Translations under genes and position numbers: made by a program
Source of the DNA: Candidatus Puniceispirillales bacterium
Lineage (GTDB): Bacteria > Pseudomonadota > Alphaproteobacteria > Puniceispirillales > UBA1172
Reading direction: 5' to 3'
DNA length: 64,000 bases
Assembly: GCA_965661405.1 (NCBI GenBank)
Contig: CBFIDH010000006.1
Span: forward strand, 2,201 to 66,200
The notes under the pieces: generated by a model
Database searches by the model: none
What the model saw: only the letters and a program-made list of their open reading frames with translations
What the model was told of the DNA's origin: nothing
Shown here: positions 47,142 through 57,887 of the stretch, one piece after another
Numbering within the stretch: the stretch's first letter is position 1
Layout of the letters: each line of letters starts with the position of its first letter

Positions 47142-48083
47142 TTAATAACCTCTAGAAATATTGACGGGATTAACAGGCGGTTTGCCCTCGCGGATAGCCA
47201 TGATGGAATCAAAGACCTGTGTGGCGGCGGTGATAGGATTTGTCTGCGCCGACACATGGGGCCATATTGTCACCTTGGGATGATCCCATAAGGCATGATC
47301 TTGCGGCAGTGGCTCAACCCGAAACACATCAAGACAGGCCCCTGACAGATGACCGCTATCAAGCGCGGCGATCAGGGCATCTTCGTCAACCTGCATCCCG
47401 CGCCCGCAATTAATGAAAAATGCTCCCGGCTTCATCTTGGCAAAACTATCTGCATTATAGATATTTTGTGTGTCCTCGGTGAGGGGAAGCACAGATACAA
47501 CATAATCCGCTTCAGCAAGGCATCTTGTAAAACCATCTGTTCCGGTCAAACTAGTGACGCCGGAAATGGATTTCTCATTCCTTGACCACCCCAGCACAGA
47601 AAATCCAAAACCAGCTACTTTTTCAGCAACATGACCACCAATCGCGCCGATACCCATCACCGATACGGTGAAGTCTTCGGGTATTTTGGGAATGATTTTT
47701 ATCCATTCCTTGCGCTCGGCGGCGGCCTGATAAAGCGCATCGTCACGATGTTCTTTCAACATTGCCAGCAAAACCCACTCTGCCATGGATTGTGACATAA
47801 AGGGATCAATAAGCCGACCAATCATCAGATTCTGCGGCAAGGTGGGATCAGACAAAAGATGATCAACACCTTGGGCAAGTGAGATCACACCTTTCAGATT
47901 GCTTAATCCGGCAATGGCTCCTTTTGGCGGGTTCCATGTGACCATGACCTCTGCCATGCTTGCCTCTGGCGCATCAAGCGGCACCAGTTTGATCCGAGAT
48001 GACAGTTTATCAAGCCATTCCTGCCAATAGGTCATGGGATAATCGGAGCTGTGATAGATGACAATGATATCTTTTTCGGTCAT
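47142..48083 (-). CDS. D-2-hydroxyacid dehydrogenase (glyoxylate/hydroxypyruvate reductase A-like)
   Basis: MGIGAIGGHVA NAD-binding motif, CGRG, and the catalytic H in WPHVSAQT. Confidence 0.7.
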   Translation of the reverse strand: MTEKDIIVIYHSSDYPMTYWQEWLDKLSSRIKLVPLDAPEASMAEVMVTWNPPKGAIAGLSNLKGVISLAQGVDHLLSDPTLPQNLMIGRLIDPFMSQSMAEWVLLAMLKEHRDDALYQAAAERKEWIKIIPKIPEDFTVSVMGIGAIGGHVAEKVAGFGFSVLGWSRNEKSISGVTSLTGTDGFTRCLAEADYVVSVLPLTEDTQNIYNADSFAKMKPGAFFINCGRGMQVDEDALIAALDSGHLSGACLDVFRVEPLPQDHALWDHPKVTIWPHVSAQTNPITAATQVFDSIMAIREGKPPVNPVNISRGY

Positions 48084-48097
48084 GTCGTCTTTTCCTT

Positions 48098-48892
48098 TTA
48101 GGCTAGCTTTGTGATGGCGGCGGTATGAAGTTCTGCTGTCGCGGCGGCGAGAATGGTTCCGTCAAAATGATCAAGGGTTATGGCCTTGCCATCCCACTGG
48201 GTGACGACCCCACCTGCCGCGGTAATGACAGGCACAACAGCCATAATATCATAGGCGTTAAGGTTAGCCTCAACAACCAAATCACACCAGCCACTTGCCA
48301 GATGCGCGTAATTGGCGCAATCACCGCCGTAATTTACTACCCGGCAGGCCTCAGCAAGGCGTTCAAATCGCGGCAGTCCTGTCTCACCCAAAAGCGTTGA
48401 GCTGGTGGTGGTAATCCGGGCTTCTGCTAATTGATGTGTTTGGGCGGTGGAACAAGGGTCAGAATTACACCAACTGCCTTTTCCCATTTGTCCGATCCAG
48501 CGCTGTTCTAACGCAGGCAGATCAATCACGCCGATTTTTGGTTGTCCATGTTCTAAGATGCCAATCAAAGTCCCAAAAAGGGGATTGCCCGTGCTAAAGG
48601 CGCGAGTGCCATCAATGGGATCAATCACCCAAGTAAAGATAGCGTCCCCGTGATGTTGGGCTTCTTCTTCGCCAATGATGCTATGATCGGGATATCGGGA
48701 AAGAATAGCGCGGCGTAGCACGCGCTCAACACGCTCATCAGCGACAGTAACAGGGGATTTATCCTGTTTTTGTTTGATGATCGGCTGTTGCCGAAAATGG
48801 TGATGGATAATGGAACGGGTAAGGTCTGTCAGAGTCGCCGCAAAATTTGTGATCTCGTCAATAATGGCTGGCGACTCTGTCATGATTGGCAT
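48098..48892 (-). CDS. inositol monophosphatase family protein (HisN-type histidinol phosphatase likely)
   Basis: WVIDPIDGTRAF and GGDCANY-type motifs. 264 aa. Confidence 0.7.
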   Translation of the reverse strand: MPIMTESPAIIDEITNFAATLTDLTRSIIHHHFRQQPIIKQKQDKSPVTVADERVERVLRRAILSRYPDHSIIGEEEAQHHGDAIFTWVIDPIDGTRAFSTGNPLFGTLIGILEHGQPKIGVIDLPALEQRWIGQMGKGSWCNSDPCSTAQTHQLAEARITTTSSTLLGETGLPRFERLAEACRVVNYGGDCANYAHLASGWCDLVVEANLNAYDIMAVVPVITAAGGVVTQWDGKAITLDHFDGTILAAATAELHTAAITKLA

Positions 48893-48895
48893 CGT

Positions 48896-49441
48896 TTAAG
48901 GCAGTGGAGTGGGATCGTCTGATAATGTGCGCATCCAAGCGATGATATTTGCCCGGTCTTGTGGACTTTTTAGACCAGCAAAGTTCATCTTTGTGCCACT
49001 CACCCATTTTTTAGGTTTATGGAGGAAACCATTGAGTTCTTCATAGCTCCACGCCCCGCCATGATCTGTCAGAGCGCCGGAATATTTGAAATCCGCGACC
49101 GAGGCAACATCGCGGCTAACGATATTATAAAGGTTGGGGCCAACCTTATTTGGACCATCTGCATTAAAGACATGACAAGCCGTACATTTCTTGGATAAAG
49201 CCTGACCCGCGGCGATATCTGCGCTAGCCAGCAGAGCAAGAATAGGCTCAGGCCCAGCGTCTTGTTCAACTTGGGTTGAGCCATCACCATCACCTGATGC
49301 TTCAGCCACCTCAAAAGGATAGGCGTTTTCCTCAAGCTCTTGATGCGGCAATAAGATTTCGCCTGCCTTAATTCCAGCCATGAGCAAAAGCCCACCACAC
49401 AGAACACCAGCCGCGATTTTGTTAAAATTCAGATTATCCAT
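48896..49441 (-). CDS. membrane-anchored c-type cytochrome
   Basis: N-terminal TM anchor, acidic linker, the CTACH haem-binding site, and a downstream Met ligand region. Confidence 0.8.
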   Translation of the reverse strand: MDNLNFNKIAAGVLCGGLLLMAGIKAGEILLPHQELEENAYPFEVAEASGDGDGSTQVEQDAGPEPILALLASADIAAGQALSKKCTACHVFNADGPNKVGPNLYNIVSRDVASVADFKYSGALTDHGGAWSYEELNGFLHKPKKWVSGTKMNFAGLKSPQDRANIIAWMRTLSDDPTPLP

Positions 49442-49629
49442 AGTAAGTATCCTTAATCTTTCCCCCTTGCGCGATCCAATGTTTGTATATCCCTAATATG
49501 CTATTATCAGCGTCATACCCCAGAGATCACATCCATTTGGCGCGTCCAAAGAATGTCACTATATGATGGTAACATCCAATGATCTAGTCATAATATGTTT
49601 AGCGTGATAAAGACAGATATTTCCAACAG

Positions 49630-50415
49630 GTGAAGACGACCATGCGACAGAATGTCCCTGATACTTTGACCATTATTCCAGCACGGATGGCGGCAACACG
49701 CCTGCCGGGTAAGCCGATGCGTCTGATCGGCGCTAAGCCCATGATTGTTCAGGTATGGGAACGCGCCATGATGGCAGATATTGGGCGTGTGATTGTTGCC
49801 TGTGACGGGGATGAAATTGCAAATGCCATCCATGCCGAAGGCGGGGAGGCCGTGATTACCGACCCGGCTTTACCATCGGGGTCTGACCGTGTGGCGGCGG
49901 CCTTGGCAATGATTGACCCCAACAAAACCATCGCTAAGGTGATTAATCTGCAAGGTGATCTGCCAGAAATGAAACCAGATATGCTAGCGGCGTTAGCGGC
50001 GGCAATGGCCTTATCTGATGCTGATATTATTACGCCTGTTGCCCCGTTAAAGCGCGAAGAAGTACCGCTAGATCAAGTGGTTAAGGCGGTGGTGTCTTGG
50101 CCGGATGGCGATGGAGTTGGCATTGGCCGCGCCCATTATTTTAGCCGCGCGGGGATACCTCATGGCGGTCTTTGTGCGGATGAGGCAGGTGAGGCCGCCA
50201 GAATGTGGCATCATGTCGGTGTTTATGGCTGGCGGCGTAAGGCGCTGGACAGGTTTGTGGATTTGCCGCCATCACCTCTTGAAAAAGCCGAAAAACTAGA
50301 ACAATTACGAGCCTTAGAGGCAGGAATGCAGATTGCCGCTATCGCGGTTGACAATGCTATTACTGGCATTGATACTGAAACAGATTTGAATGCCGCTACT
50401 CGGCGGATATCATGA
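49630..50415 (+). CDS. kdsB: 3-deoxy-manno-octulosonate cytidylyltransferase
   Basis: IIPARMAATRLPGKP N-terminal motif and the NLQGD motif. The start is GTG 49630 or ATG 49642. Confidence 0.85.
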   Translation: MKTTMRQNVPDTLTIIPARMAATRLPGKPMRLIGAKPMIVQVWERAMMADIGRVIVACDGDEIANAIHAEGGEAVITDPALPSGSDRVAAALAMIDPNKTIAKVINLQGDLPEMKPDMLAALAAAMALSDADIITPVAPLKREEVPLDQVVKAVVSWPDGDGVGIGRAHYFSRAGIPHGGLCADEAGEAARMWHHVGVYGWRRKALDRFVDLPPSPLEKAEKLEQLRALEAGMQIAAIAVDNAITGIDTETDLNAATRRIS

Positions 50416-50469
50416 TGTATCACCCCGTTTATTAATGGATTTTATGGATTAACAGTACCGATCATACCT

Positions 50470-51351
50470 ATGCCCTCATCTTTAACACCATCTGATCAGA
50501 GCCAGACTCTACCTATTGCCTATCAAGGGATTCCTGGGGCTTATTCGCATCTGGCGTGCCGAAATTGCTTTCCTGAACTAGAGGCGTTGGCTTGTCCTTC
50601 CTTTGAAGATATGCTTCAAGCCGTGGTTGATGGTGACGCTGGGCTTGCCATGGTGCCAGTGGAAAACTCTGTCGCTGGTCGTGTGGCAGATATCCATCAT
50701 CTGTTGCCATCGTCAGGGTTATCAATCACGGGTGAGCATTTTCAACCAGTGAACCATCATCTTTTAGGCGTTAAAGGTGCCAAGCTTGAGCAGTTAACAT
50801 CTGTCAAAAGCCATGCTCAAGGTCTGGCGCAATGCCGTATAGCGCTTCGTCAACTTGGTCTGCAACGCGTCATTCATCCGGATACCGCGGGCGCGGCGGC
50901 AGAAGTGGCAGAGATTGGTGATCCCTCGGTTGGGGCTATTGCCTCATCACTAGCGGCGGAAATCTATGGTTTGGATATTCTCAACGCAAAGATGGAGGAT
51001 GCCGCCAGCAACACCACACGAATGTTGATTATGTCGCGCACGCCTAGCTATCCTGAGGATATTTCCACCCCTTGCATCACAACATTAATCTTTCGCCTGC
51101 GATCGGTGCCAGCGGCCTTATATAAAGCGCTTGGCGGATTTGCAACCAATGGTATTAATCTGACCAAGCTTGAAAGCTATATGCTTGATGGTCATTTTAC
51201 CGCCGCGCAATTCTATATTGATGCTGAAACCCATATTCATAGCGATGCTTTTCAGAACGCATTAGAAGAATTACAATTCTATTGCCCGAAAGACGCGGTT
51301 AATATTTTGGGGTGTTATCCGGCGGGTGACGCCCGATATCAGAACAACTAA
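50470..51351 (+). CDS. pheA: prephenate dehydratase
   Basis: IAYQGIPGAYSH, an NTTRMLIM region, and a C-terminal ACT domain. Confidence 0.85.
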   Translation: MPSSLTPSDQSQTLPIAYQGIPGAYSHLACRNCFPELEALACPSFEDMLQAVVDGDAGLAMVPVENSVAGRVADIHHLLPSSGLSITGEHFQPVNHHLLGVKGAKLEQLTSVKSHAQGLAQCRIALRQLGLQRVIHPDTAGAAAEVAEIGDPSVGAIASSLAAEIYGLDILNAKMEDAASNTTRMLIMSRTPSYPEDISTPCITTLIFRLRSVPAALYKALGGFATNGINLTKLESYMLDGHFTAAQFYIDAETHIHSDAFQNALEELQFYCPKDAVNILGCYPAGDARYQNN

Positions 51352-51410
51352 CTATATAAACCTCAAGGGAGGGCTTGCGCTTTGTGCAAGAATATCCCAT
51401 ACAGGAAGAA

Positions 51411-51500
51411 GGAAGGCTGGGTGGACGGTCACCCTGTTTAACCGGTCAGGTCCGAAAGGAAGCAGCCAAAGCATGGCTCGATCGGGTTGCTCAGTCTTCC
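51411..51500 (+). ncRNA. ffs: signal recognition particle RNA (4.5S, small type)
   Basis: The conserved core GGTCAGGTCCGAAAGGAAGCAGCC is present. The closing helix GGAAGGCTGGGT / GCTCAGTCTTCC pairs with G-U wobbles. It lies directly upstream of dnaX, as in many bacteria. Confidence 0.8.
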
Positions 51501-51555
51501 GCTGATTGACCGTCACAGATGACAACCTAAATTGTGCCAACAATCCAAGTGAGCG

Positions 51556-53448
51556 ATGCCAGAAGAGACCCCATCAAAGGATCAGAACACCGCCACCGCA
51601 ACAGCCACTTATCGTGTGCTGGCCAGAAAGTATCGCCCGAATACGGTGGATGAGCTTATTGGTCAGGAAAGCCTAGTTCAAACCCTAAGCAATGCGCTCG
51701 AAATGGGGAGGTTGGCCCATGCCTTTATTCTCACCGGGCTTCGCGGAATTGGCAAAACAACGACCGCACGGATTATTGCCAAGGGGTTAAATTGCATTGG
51801 TGCGGATGGCAATGGTAAGCCAACCTTGAAACCTTGTGGGGCGTGTACCCATTGCAAGGATATATCCGAAGGCCGTCATGTTGATGTGTTGGAAATGGAC
51901 GCCGCCAGCAACACAGGCGTAGATGATGTCAGAGAGATTATTGAAGGCGTACATTACGCCCCGCTTTCCGCACGTTTCAAAGTCTATATCATTGATGAGG
52001 TGCATATGTTGTCGAAAAGCGCATTTAATGCGCTTCTGAAAACATTGGAAGAACCGCCAGAGGCCGTTAAGTTCGTTTTTGCCACGACTGAGATTAGAAA
52101 AGTTCCTGTTACCGTATTATCACGCTGTCAGCGTTTTGATTTGCGGCGTGTGCCCACGGAAATGATGGCTAAGCATCTCAAATCCATTGCCGAAAAAGAG
52201 ACCATCACCATAGATGAAGCGGCGTTACTGCGGTTAGCGCGGGCGGCTGAGGGTTCTGTTCGGGATGCGTTGTCTTTGCTGGATCAGGCCGCCGCCCTCA
52301 CCAGTGATACTATTCGTGATGATGCTGTTGCCGCCATGTTAGGTCAGGCGGGCCGCATGGATGCTATTCAGATCATGTCGGCGGCTCTCACGGGGGATAC
52401 CAAGGCCGCGATTGATGGCCTTGCGGGCGCGGTCAGAAGTGGGGCAGAACCTGTGATGGTTATGGCGGATATGCTGGACTTTATCCATTTAGCCAGCCGT
52501 CAAGCGGCAGGGGGGACATTAACGGATTTGCCAGATGCTGAGAGCGATGCCTTGGTAAAGATAGGACAAGAGGTTGCCATTTCGCGGCTTGCCCGTGCTT
52601 GGCAACTTATGCTCAAAGGCCATGCTGAGGTTAATCTGGCACCTAATCCGCACGCCGCGGCAGATATGGTTCTCATTCGCCTGTCGCATATGGCGAATAT
52701 GCCAACACCAGCGGATTTAGTGCGAAAGCTCAAGGATGTTCCAACAGGTGATTTTACCGCTACCCCATCACCACAGCCAGAAACACCTGACGCGCCTCAT
52801 CAGCCAGACACCGCCGAAGGACAAATCACGACTGAGATCAGGGATGAGGTTAAGATATCAGATGGTTTTGTGGAGCCGCCTATGATGCCACAACCAATGG
52901 AAGATGAGGCTCCGCCGCCAGCGCAAGATTCTATGATGACAGAAATTATGGATGATGGCGCGTCTAGGGCAACAGAATCTCATGCCCCTGCCAGCTTACC
53001 GATACCGGAAACGATTCGCGATATGGTGAGGTTGTTTGAAAGTCAGGGGGAGTTGATTATCGCTGGATTACTAACGACACGAATTAAACCAGTGTTGTTA
53101 AAACCAGGTCGGTTTGAGTTTTCTGCCGATCCGCTATTAGATGACACTATCCCCGGCAAGATTGGCAACTGCCTTAGCGAATGGACAGGGATCAGATGGA
53201 CGGTTTCGGTAACATCTGCGGTTGGCGGCGATACGTTGGATGAATTGGATGTTAAAGCCAACGCCGCGCTTAAGGAAAAATTGCTTGCTGACCCGATGCT
53301 GAAAGAGGCTATGGCCGCGTTTCCGGGGTCGGATATCCATAGCATCATACCCCTCACCGGGATGATTAGCGTTGATGAAGATCACTCTGATGAAGATGCT
53401 CCACATGATCAATCGGCCCCTCAAGATAAGGCGGCAGATCATGCGTAA
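51556..53448 (+). CDS. dnaX: DNA polymerase III subunits gamma/tau
   Basis: GLRGIGKTTTARI Walker A, the CGACTHC zinc module, and YIIDEVHMLS. Confidence 0.95.
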   Translation: MPEETPSKDQNTATATATYRVLARKYRPNTVDELIGQESLVQTLSNALEMGRLAHAFILTGLRGIGKTTTARIIAKGLNCIGADGNGKPTLKPCGACTHCKDISEGRHVDVLEMDAASNTGVDDVREIIEGVHYAPLSARFKVYIIDEVHMLSKSAFNALLKTLEEPPEAVKFVFATTEIRKVPVTVLSRCQRFDLRRVPTEMMAKHLKSIAEKETITIDEAALLRLARAAEGSVRDALSLLDQAAALTSDTIRDDAVAAMLGQAGRMDAIQIMSAALTGDTKAAIDGLAGAVRSGAEPVMVMADMLDFIHLASRQAAGGTLTDLPDAESDALVKIGQEVAISRLARAWQLMLKGHAEVNLAPNPHAAADMVLIRLSHMANMPTPADLVRKLKDVPTGDFTATPSPQPETPDAPHQPDTAEGQITTEIRDEVKISDGFVEPPMMPQPMEDEAPPPAQDSMMTEIMDDGASRATESHAPASLPIPETIRDMVRLFESQGELIIAGLLTTRIKPVLLKPGRFEFSADPLLDDTIPGKIGNCLSEWTGIRWTVSVTSAVGGDTLDELDVKANAALKEKLLADPMLKEAMAAFPGSDIHSIIPLTGMISVDEDHSDEDAPHDQSAPQDKAADHA

Positions 53449-53773
53449 CTTTGCCTCAATGCTAAAAAAAGCCAAAGAGGCCCAAGACAAGCTCGCGGTT
53501 GTAAAAGCGGAGTTAGCAGAAATTATCTGCACGGGTGAGGCGGCAGGCGGCGTGATCAAGGTTGAGGTCACGGGTGATGGCCGGATCATCTCGCTTGATA
53601 TTCACCCCGATGCCGCGGGAGCTAATCAGCCTGATGATATCCGGATGCTAGAAGACCTGATCGTTGTTGCCATGCGTGATGCTCAGGACAAGGCCGCCGC
53701 CATTAAGGCAGAGCGAATGAAAGAGGTGACTGGTGATTTGCCCTTACCGCCGGGGCTTGATCTGCCTTTCTAA
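53441..53773 (+). CDS. ybaB: nucleoid-associated protein YbaB/EbfC
   Basis: MRNFASMLKKAKEAQDKL. ATG 53441 overlaps the dnaX stop. Confidence 0.85.
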   Translation: MRNFASMLKKAKEAQDKLAVVKAELAEIICTGEAAGGVIKVEVTGDGRIISLDIHPDAAGANQPDDIRMLEDLIVVAMRDAQDKAAAIKAERMKEVTGDLPLPPGLDLPF

Positions 53774-53841
53774 TTTGGAATGCCTTGAATGGTGTTGATA
53801 AAGCGCCAACATGAGGGAAATGAACAGATGAAGCTAGTGGC

Positions 53842-54438
53842 ATGACGATCAACCCGATTGAACAATTGATCAAACGATTAGCTCGTCTGCCGGGACTTGG
53901 CCCAAGGTCGGCACGCCGCGCCGCGCTTCACTTGATCAATAATCGGGATAGCCAAATGCTACCTCTGGCCGAAGATATGATGGCGGTTTCTCATGCTATT
54001 CGGCGTTGTACAGAATGTGGCAATCTGGATATGAACAGCATCTGCGGTATTTGTCAGGATGCAAATCGCGGCAATGGGCGGCTATGTATTGTTGAGAATG
54101 TTGCCGATCTTTGGGCGATGGAACGGGCGGCGGTATTTTTGGGACGGTATCATGTCCTTGGCGGTGTGCTTAGTGCCATTGACGGGGTAGGCCCGGATGC
54201 CTTGAGGCTTGACTATTTGGTGGAACGCGTCCGCAATAATGATATCGAAGAAGTGATCTTGGCTTTATCGGCAACGGTCGATGGACAAGCCACCGCGCAT
54301 TATATTGCCGATCGGCTGGCAGGGCTATCTGCAAAAATTACTCGTCTTGCCCATGGTGTTCCTGTTGGTGGTGAGCTGGATTATTTGGATGATGGCACCC
54401 TCGCCCAAGCGATGAAGGCACGTCAGCAGATGACATGA
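53842..54438 (+). CDS. recR: recombination protein RecR
   Basis: LPGLGPRSARR HhH motif, the CTECGN...CGIC zinc finger, and a Toprim domain. Confidence 0.95.
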   Translation: MTINPIEQLIKRLARLPGLGPRSARRAALHLINNRDSQMLPLAEDMMAVSHAIRRCTECGNLDMNSICGICQDANRGNGRLCIVENVADLWAMERAAVFLGRYHVLGGVLSAIDGVGPDALRLDYLVERVRNNDIEEVILALSATVDGQATAHYIADRLAGLSAKITRLAHGVPVGGELDYLDDGTLAQAMKARQQMT

Positions 54439-54460
54439 CGTGCTGTCTGCCCTGATGATT

Positions 54461-55543
54461 TTATTCAGGTGTCTGGTTTGGCGGCGGCGGTGTGATCAGA
54501 TCACTTGTGCTATCTGATGCTGATGAGGTTGCAACATCATCGGTTTCGATTTGTTCGATTTTCTCACCTGTTCGGCTAATGGCACGGGTAGATTTACTGA
54601 TATCGTCGATATCCTGTTGAGCAAGATGGAAATGACGATCAAGTTTGCCCACACGATCATTCAGGCGTTCAATATCTTTCAGCAGTTTGCCCACTTGTTC
54701 TTGAATAAACGCCGCTTGCTGGCGCATACGAACATCTCTCAACACCGCGCGGACAGTGTTAAGGATAGCCATCAGCGTAGTGGGTGAGACAACATAAACC
54801 CGCTTGGCAAAACTCATATCCAGCGCCTTTGAAAGGTGGCTGTGCAATTCGGCGTAAATCGCCTCAGACGGAATAAACATCAGCGCGCTTTCGGCGGTAT
54901 GACCGGGGATAATATACCGATCCGCGATATCGGAAACGTGCTTTATCAAGGCCGCTTCCAATGCTTTTCTGGCCTTTGCTTTTTCCTGATCATCATTTGC
55001 TTGGCCTAACGCATACCAAGATTCGAGAGGGAACTTAGCATCAATCGCAATCGGCCCCGGCGGATTTGGCAGTTGCAATAGGCAATCGGCGCGGCGGTTA
55101 TTAGGCAGACTATGTTGAAAAGAATAGGCGCTTGATGGCAACATCTGTGTAATCAGATTTTCTAGCTGGATTTCACCGTAAGCCCCGCGTGCCTGATTAT
55201 TCGCCAGCACATTTTCAAGTCTGGTGGTTTGAAGTGACAGGGCCTTGAGCTGTTCTTGGGCGCGATCAATCACCGCCAGTCTCTCGTTGAGGTTACCAAG
55301 TTTCAGGCTGGTGGTCTCGGCCTGTTGACGCAAGGTTTCGTTCAGAGCCTGTTGGTGGGTTTGAAAACTGTTCACCATATTGGTTTGAAGGGTGGCGGTT
55401 GTTTGGCCGATTGCTTCAAGCTGACCTTTTAGTTCAGCGATTCCTGTGTGATCTTGCTGAACAGGTTTAGGGCGCAGAAACAGTGCCACACCAATTCCGA
55501 GACCAATACCAATGATGAGAAAAATAAGGACAAGCGGATCCAT
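54461..55543 (-). CDS. rmuC: DNA recombination protein RmuC
   Basis: N-terminal TM helix, long coiled coil, and a C-terminal RmuC nuclease-like domain. An AAGAAGG SD lies before ATG 55543. Confidence 0.85.
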   Translation of the reverse strand: MDPLVLIFLIIGIGLGIGVALFLRPKPVQQDHTGIAELKGQLEAIGQTTATLQTNMVNSFQTHQQALNETLRQQAETTSLKLGNLNERLAVIDRAQEQLKALSLQTTRLENVLANNQARGAYGEIQLENLITQMLPSSAYSFQHSLPNNRRADCLLQLPNPPGPIAIDAKFPLESWYALGQANDDQEKAKARKALEAALIKHVSDIADRYIIPGHTAESALMFIPSEAIYAELHSHLSKALDMSFAKRVYVVSPTTLMAILNTVRAVLRDVRMRQQAAFIQEQVGKLLKDIERLNDRVGKLDRHFHLAQQDIDDISKSTRAISRTGEKIEQIETDDVATSSASDSTSDLITPPPPNQTPE

Positions 55544-55648
55544 GAAACCTTCTTTATGATGGGTTATTGCGACCATTTCTATCTTGACCTAATGTGACGG
55601 TTCTTTTACCCCAATGGCAAGAGATTTTATTAGCAGGAGCAAAACGCC

Positions 55649-56170
55649 ATGACGGCAAAACCTCTGTCTTTTCTTCCTGATCCCGTATTGCGGCAGGTGG
55701 CTGAGCCTGTGACGGCGGTCACGGACGCGGTTCGTGCGCTGATGGATGACATGGTTGATACCATGCGCGAGGAACATGGGCTAGGGCTTGCCGCACCGCA
55801 AATTGGCCTATCCACGCGTGTTATTGTGATGGATTGCAGTGAAGAAGACGATTCTGATCCGGTCATCTGGAAAATGGCTAACCCTGAGATCATTGAGACC
55901 TCGGATGAGATGGCCAGTATGGAAGAAGGATGCCTCTCTATTCCGGGATATCGGGGTGAGGTCACACGTCCCGCTAGCGTTACGGTGCGTTATCTGGACG
56001 CTGACGGCAAAGAGCAGAATATGCAGGCAAGTGGTCTTCTGGCGGCTTGTGTCCAGCATGAGATTGATCACCTGAATGGACGACTTTTTATTGATTATTT
56101 ATCACGAGTGAAACGCGATATGATTATTCGTAAAATGGCCAAGGATGCCCGGCTTGAACGCGATGACTAA
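55649..56170 (+). CDS. def: peptide deformylase
   Basis: GLAAPQIG, EGCLS and HEIDHL motifs. Confidence 0.95.
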   Translation: MTAKPLSFLPDPVLRQVAEPVTAVTDAVRALMDDMVDTMREEHGLGLAAPQIGLSTRVIVMDCSEEDDSDPVIWKMANPEIIETSDEMASMEEGCLSIPGYRGEVTRPASVTVRYLDADGKEQNMQASGLLAACVQHEIDHLNGRLFIDYLSRVKRDMIIRKMAKDARLERDD

Positions 56171-57131
56171 AGCCGCGGCCCCGCGATTGGTGTTTATGGG
56201 GACGCCTGATTTTGCCGTTCCTTCCTTACAGATGCTGGCTGATGATTATGATATTGTTGCCGCGTATTGTCAGCCGCCCAGACCGAAAGGCCGAGGGATG
56301 CGCCTGTCGCCGCAACCTGTTCATTTGGCAGCTGAAGATCTGAATATTCTGGTCAAAACGCCAACCCATTTTGATGATGTGGCGGTGGATGAACTAGCAG
56401 CGCTTGCGCCAGATTTGCTGGTGGTGGTGGCGTATGGATTGATTCTACCGCAACGCGTGTTGTCCCTGCCGCGACTTGGTGCGGTTAATGGTCATGCGTC
56501 TCTGTTACCGCGTTGGCGCGGGGCGGCGCCTATCCACCGGGCTATTGCCGCAGGTGATAAGGAAACCGGTGTCTCAGTGATGATGATGGAAAAGGGTTTA
56601 GATACTGGCCCGGTGATATTGGAAAAACGTCTGGCGATAGCGCATGATGATACTATGGGGCATCTGCATGATGTTCTGGCTGATCTTACCGCCGCCGCGC
56701 TAAGCGAAGCCATACCCTTAATTATCCAAGGTTGTGCCGAGCCTAAACCCCAAGATCACGCGAGTGCAACCTATGCCCATAAGATTACTGATGCTGAGGC
56801 AGAATTAGATTTCACAAAGGACAAGGATAGCTTGCTCAATCACATTCGGGCTTTTTCACCGTGGCCTTCGGCGTGGCTGATGGCAAGGACGCCTGATAAG
56901 CCTGATCCTCATCGGTTGAATTGTCTTGCTGCGATAGCTGCTGAAGGCACTGGTAAAGCAGGGCAGTTTCTGGGCAAAGGTCAACAAGGTGGGCCTGTCA
57001 TTGCCACAGGTAATGGGGCGATTGAAGTGATTATATTAAAACCCGCGGGCAAGCCTATGATGTCAGGGCGTGATTATCTCAATGGTTATGCTATGCCTGA
57101 TCAGGTTGTTCCCTCTGTTGGGCGGCCCTAG
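56163..57131 (+). CDS. fmt: methionyl-tRNA formyltransferase
   Basis: LVFMGTPDFAVPSL and HASLLPRWRGAAPI motifs. The ATG overlaps the def 3' end. Confidence 0.95.
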   Translation: MTKAAAPRLVFMGTPDFAVPSLQMLADDYDIVAAYCQPPRPKGRGMRLSPQPVHLAAEDLNILVKTPTHFDDVAVDELAALAPDLLVVVAYGLILPQRVLSLPRLGAVNGHASLLPRWRGAAPIHRAIAAGDKETGVSVMMMEKGLDTGPVILEKRLAIAHDDTMGHLHDVLADLTAAALSEAIPLIIQGCAEPKPQDHASATYAHKITDAEAELDFTKDKDSLLNHIRAFSPWPSAWLMARTPDKPDPHRLNCLAAIAAEGTGKAGQFLGKGQQGGPVIATGNGAIEVIILKPAGKPMMSGRDYLNGYAMPDQVVPSVGRP

Positions 57132-57134
57132 CCA

Positions 57135-57887
57135 ATGCCGCGCTATTTCATCACCATAGAATATGATGGCGGCGGTTATGTTGGCTGGCAACGCCAGAAT
57201 AACGGTGCCTCTATTCAAGGCCATCTGGAGATGGCGGCAAGCGCAATTTTGGGTCAGCGCCAAGAGGTGATGATGCAAGGCGCTGGACGCACCGATGCCG
57301 GTGTTCATGCCACAGGTCAGGTGGCCCATTGTGATTTGCCGTCTGGATTTGCCGATGCCCAATTACCCTTAGCGCTAAATGCCTATTTGCCGCCAGATAT
57401 CAGGGTGATTTCGGCGCATCAGGTGGCGGATGATGCCCATGCCAGATTTGATGCCATTCGCCGTGCCTATCGATATCGGATTTTTGCGCGCAAAATAGCC
57501 CCTGCCCTGTTAGACGGGCGCGTTTGGCATTTGCCTTATGAGCTTGATGTGGATGCCATGGCAGAGGCGGCAAAACGGCTGATTGGTAAGCATGATTTTA
57601 CCAGCTTTCGTGCCACCCATTGTCAGGCCAAGAGCCCGATTCGCACGCTTGACACCCTTGATATCAAGCGGCATGGAGATGAGATTATCCTTACGGTTTC
57701 GGCGCGGTCATTTCTCCACCATCAGGTGCGAAATATCACCGGATCACTGGTTATGGTAGGTCAGGGAAAATGGACTCCGGGTGATATCAGCGATGTGTTG
57801 GCGGCAAAGAACAGATCGGCGGCTGGTCAGACAGCACCGCCAGAAGGCCTATATTTAACAGAGGTCAATTATCCTGATCCTCTATGA
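57135..57887 (+). CDS. truA: tRNA pseudouridine(38-40) synthase
   Basis: GAGRTDAGVHA catalytic Asp motif and the FLHHQVR region. Confidence 0.95.
   Translation: MPRYFITIEYDGGGYVGWQRQNNGASIQGHLEMAASAILGQRQEVMMQGAGRTDAGVHATGQVAHCDLPSGFADAQLPLALNAYLPPDIRVISAHQVADDAHARFDAIRRAYRYRIFARKIAPALLDGRVWHLPYELDVDAMAEAAKRLIGKHDFTSFRATHCQAKSPIRTLDTLDIKRHGDEIILTVSARSFLHHQVRNITGSLVMVGQGKWTPGDISDVLAAKNRSAAGQTAPPEGLYLTEVNYPDPL

Noticed and set aside
51352-51543. 63-aa minus-strand ORF between pheA and dnaX
   Set aside because: It overlaps the plus-strand SRP RNA (conserved GGTCAGGTCCGAAAGGAAGCAGCC core and closing helix). The RNA gene explains the region better.
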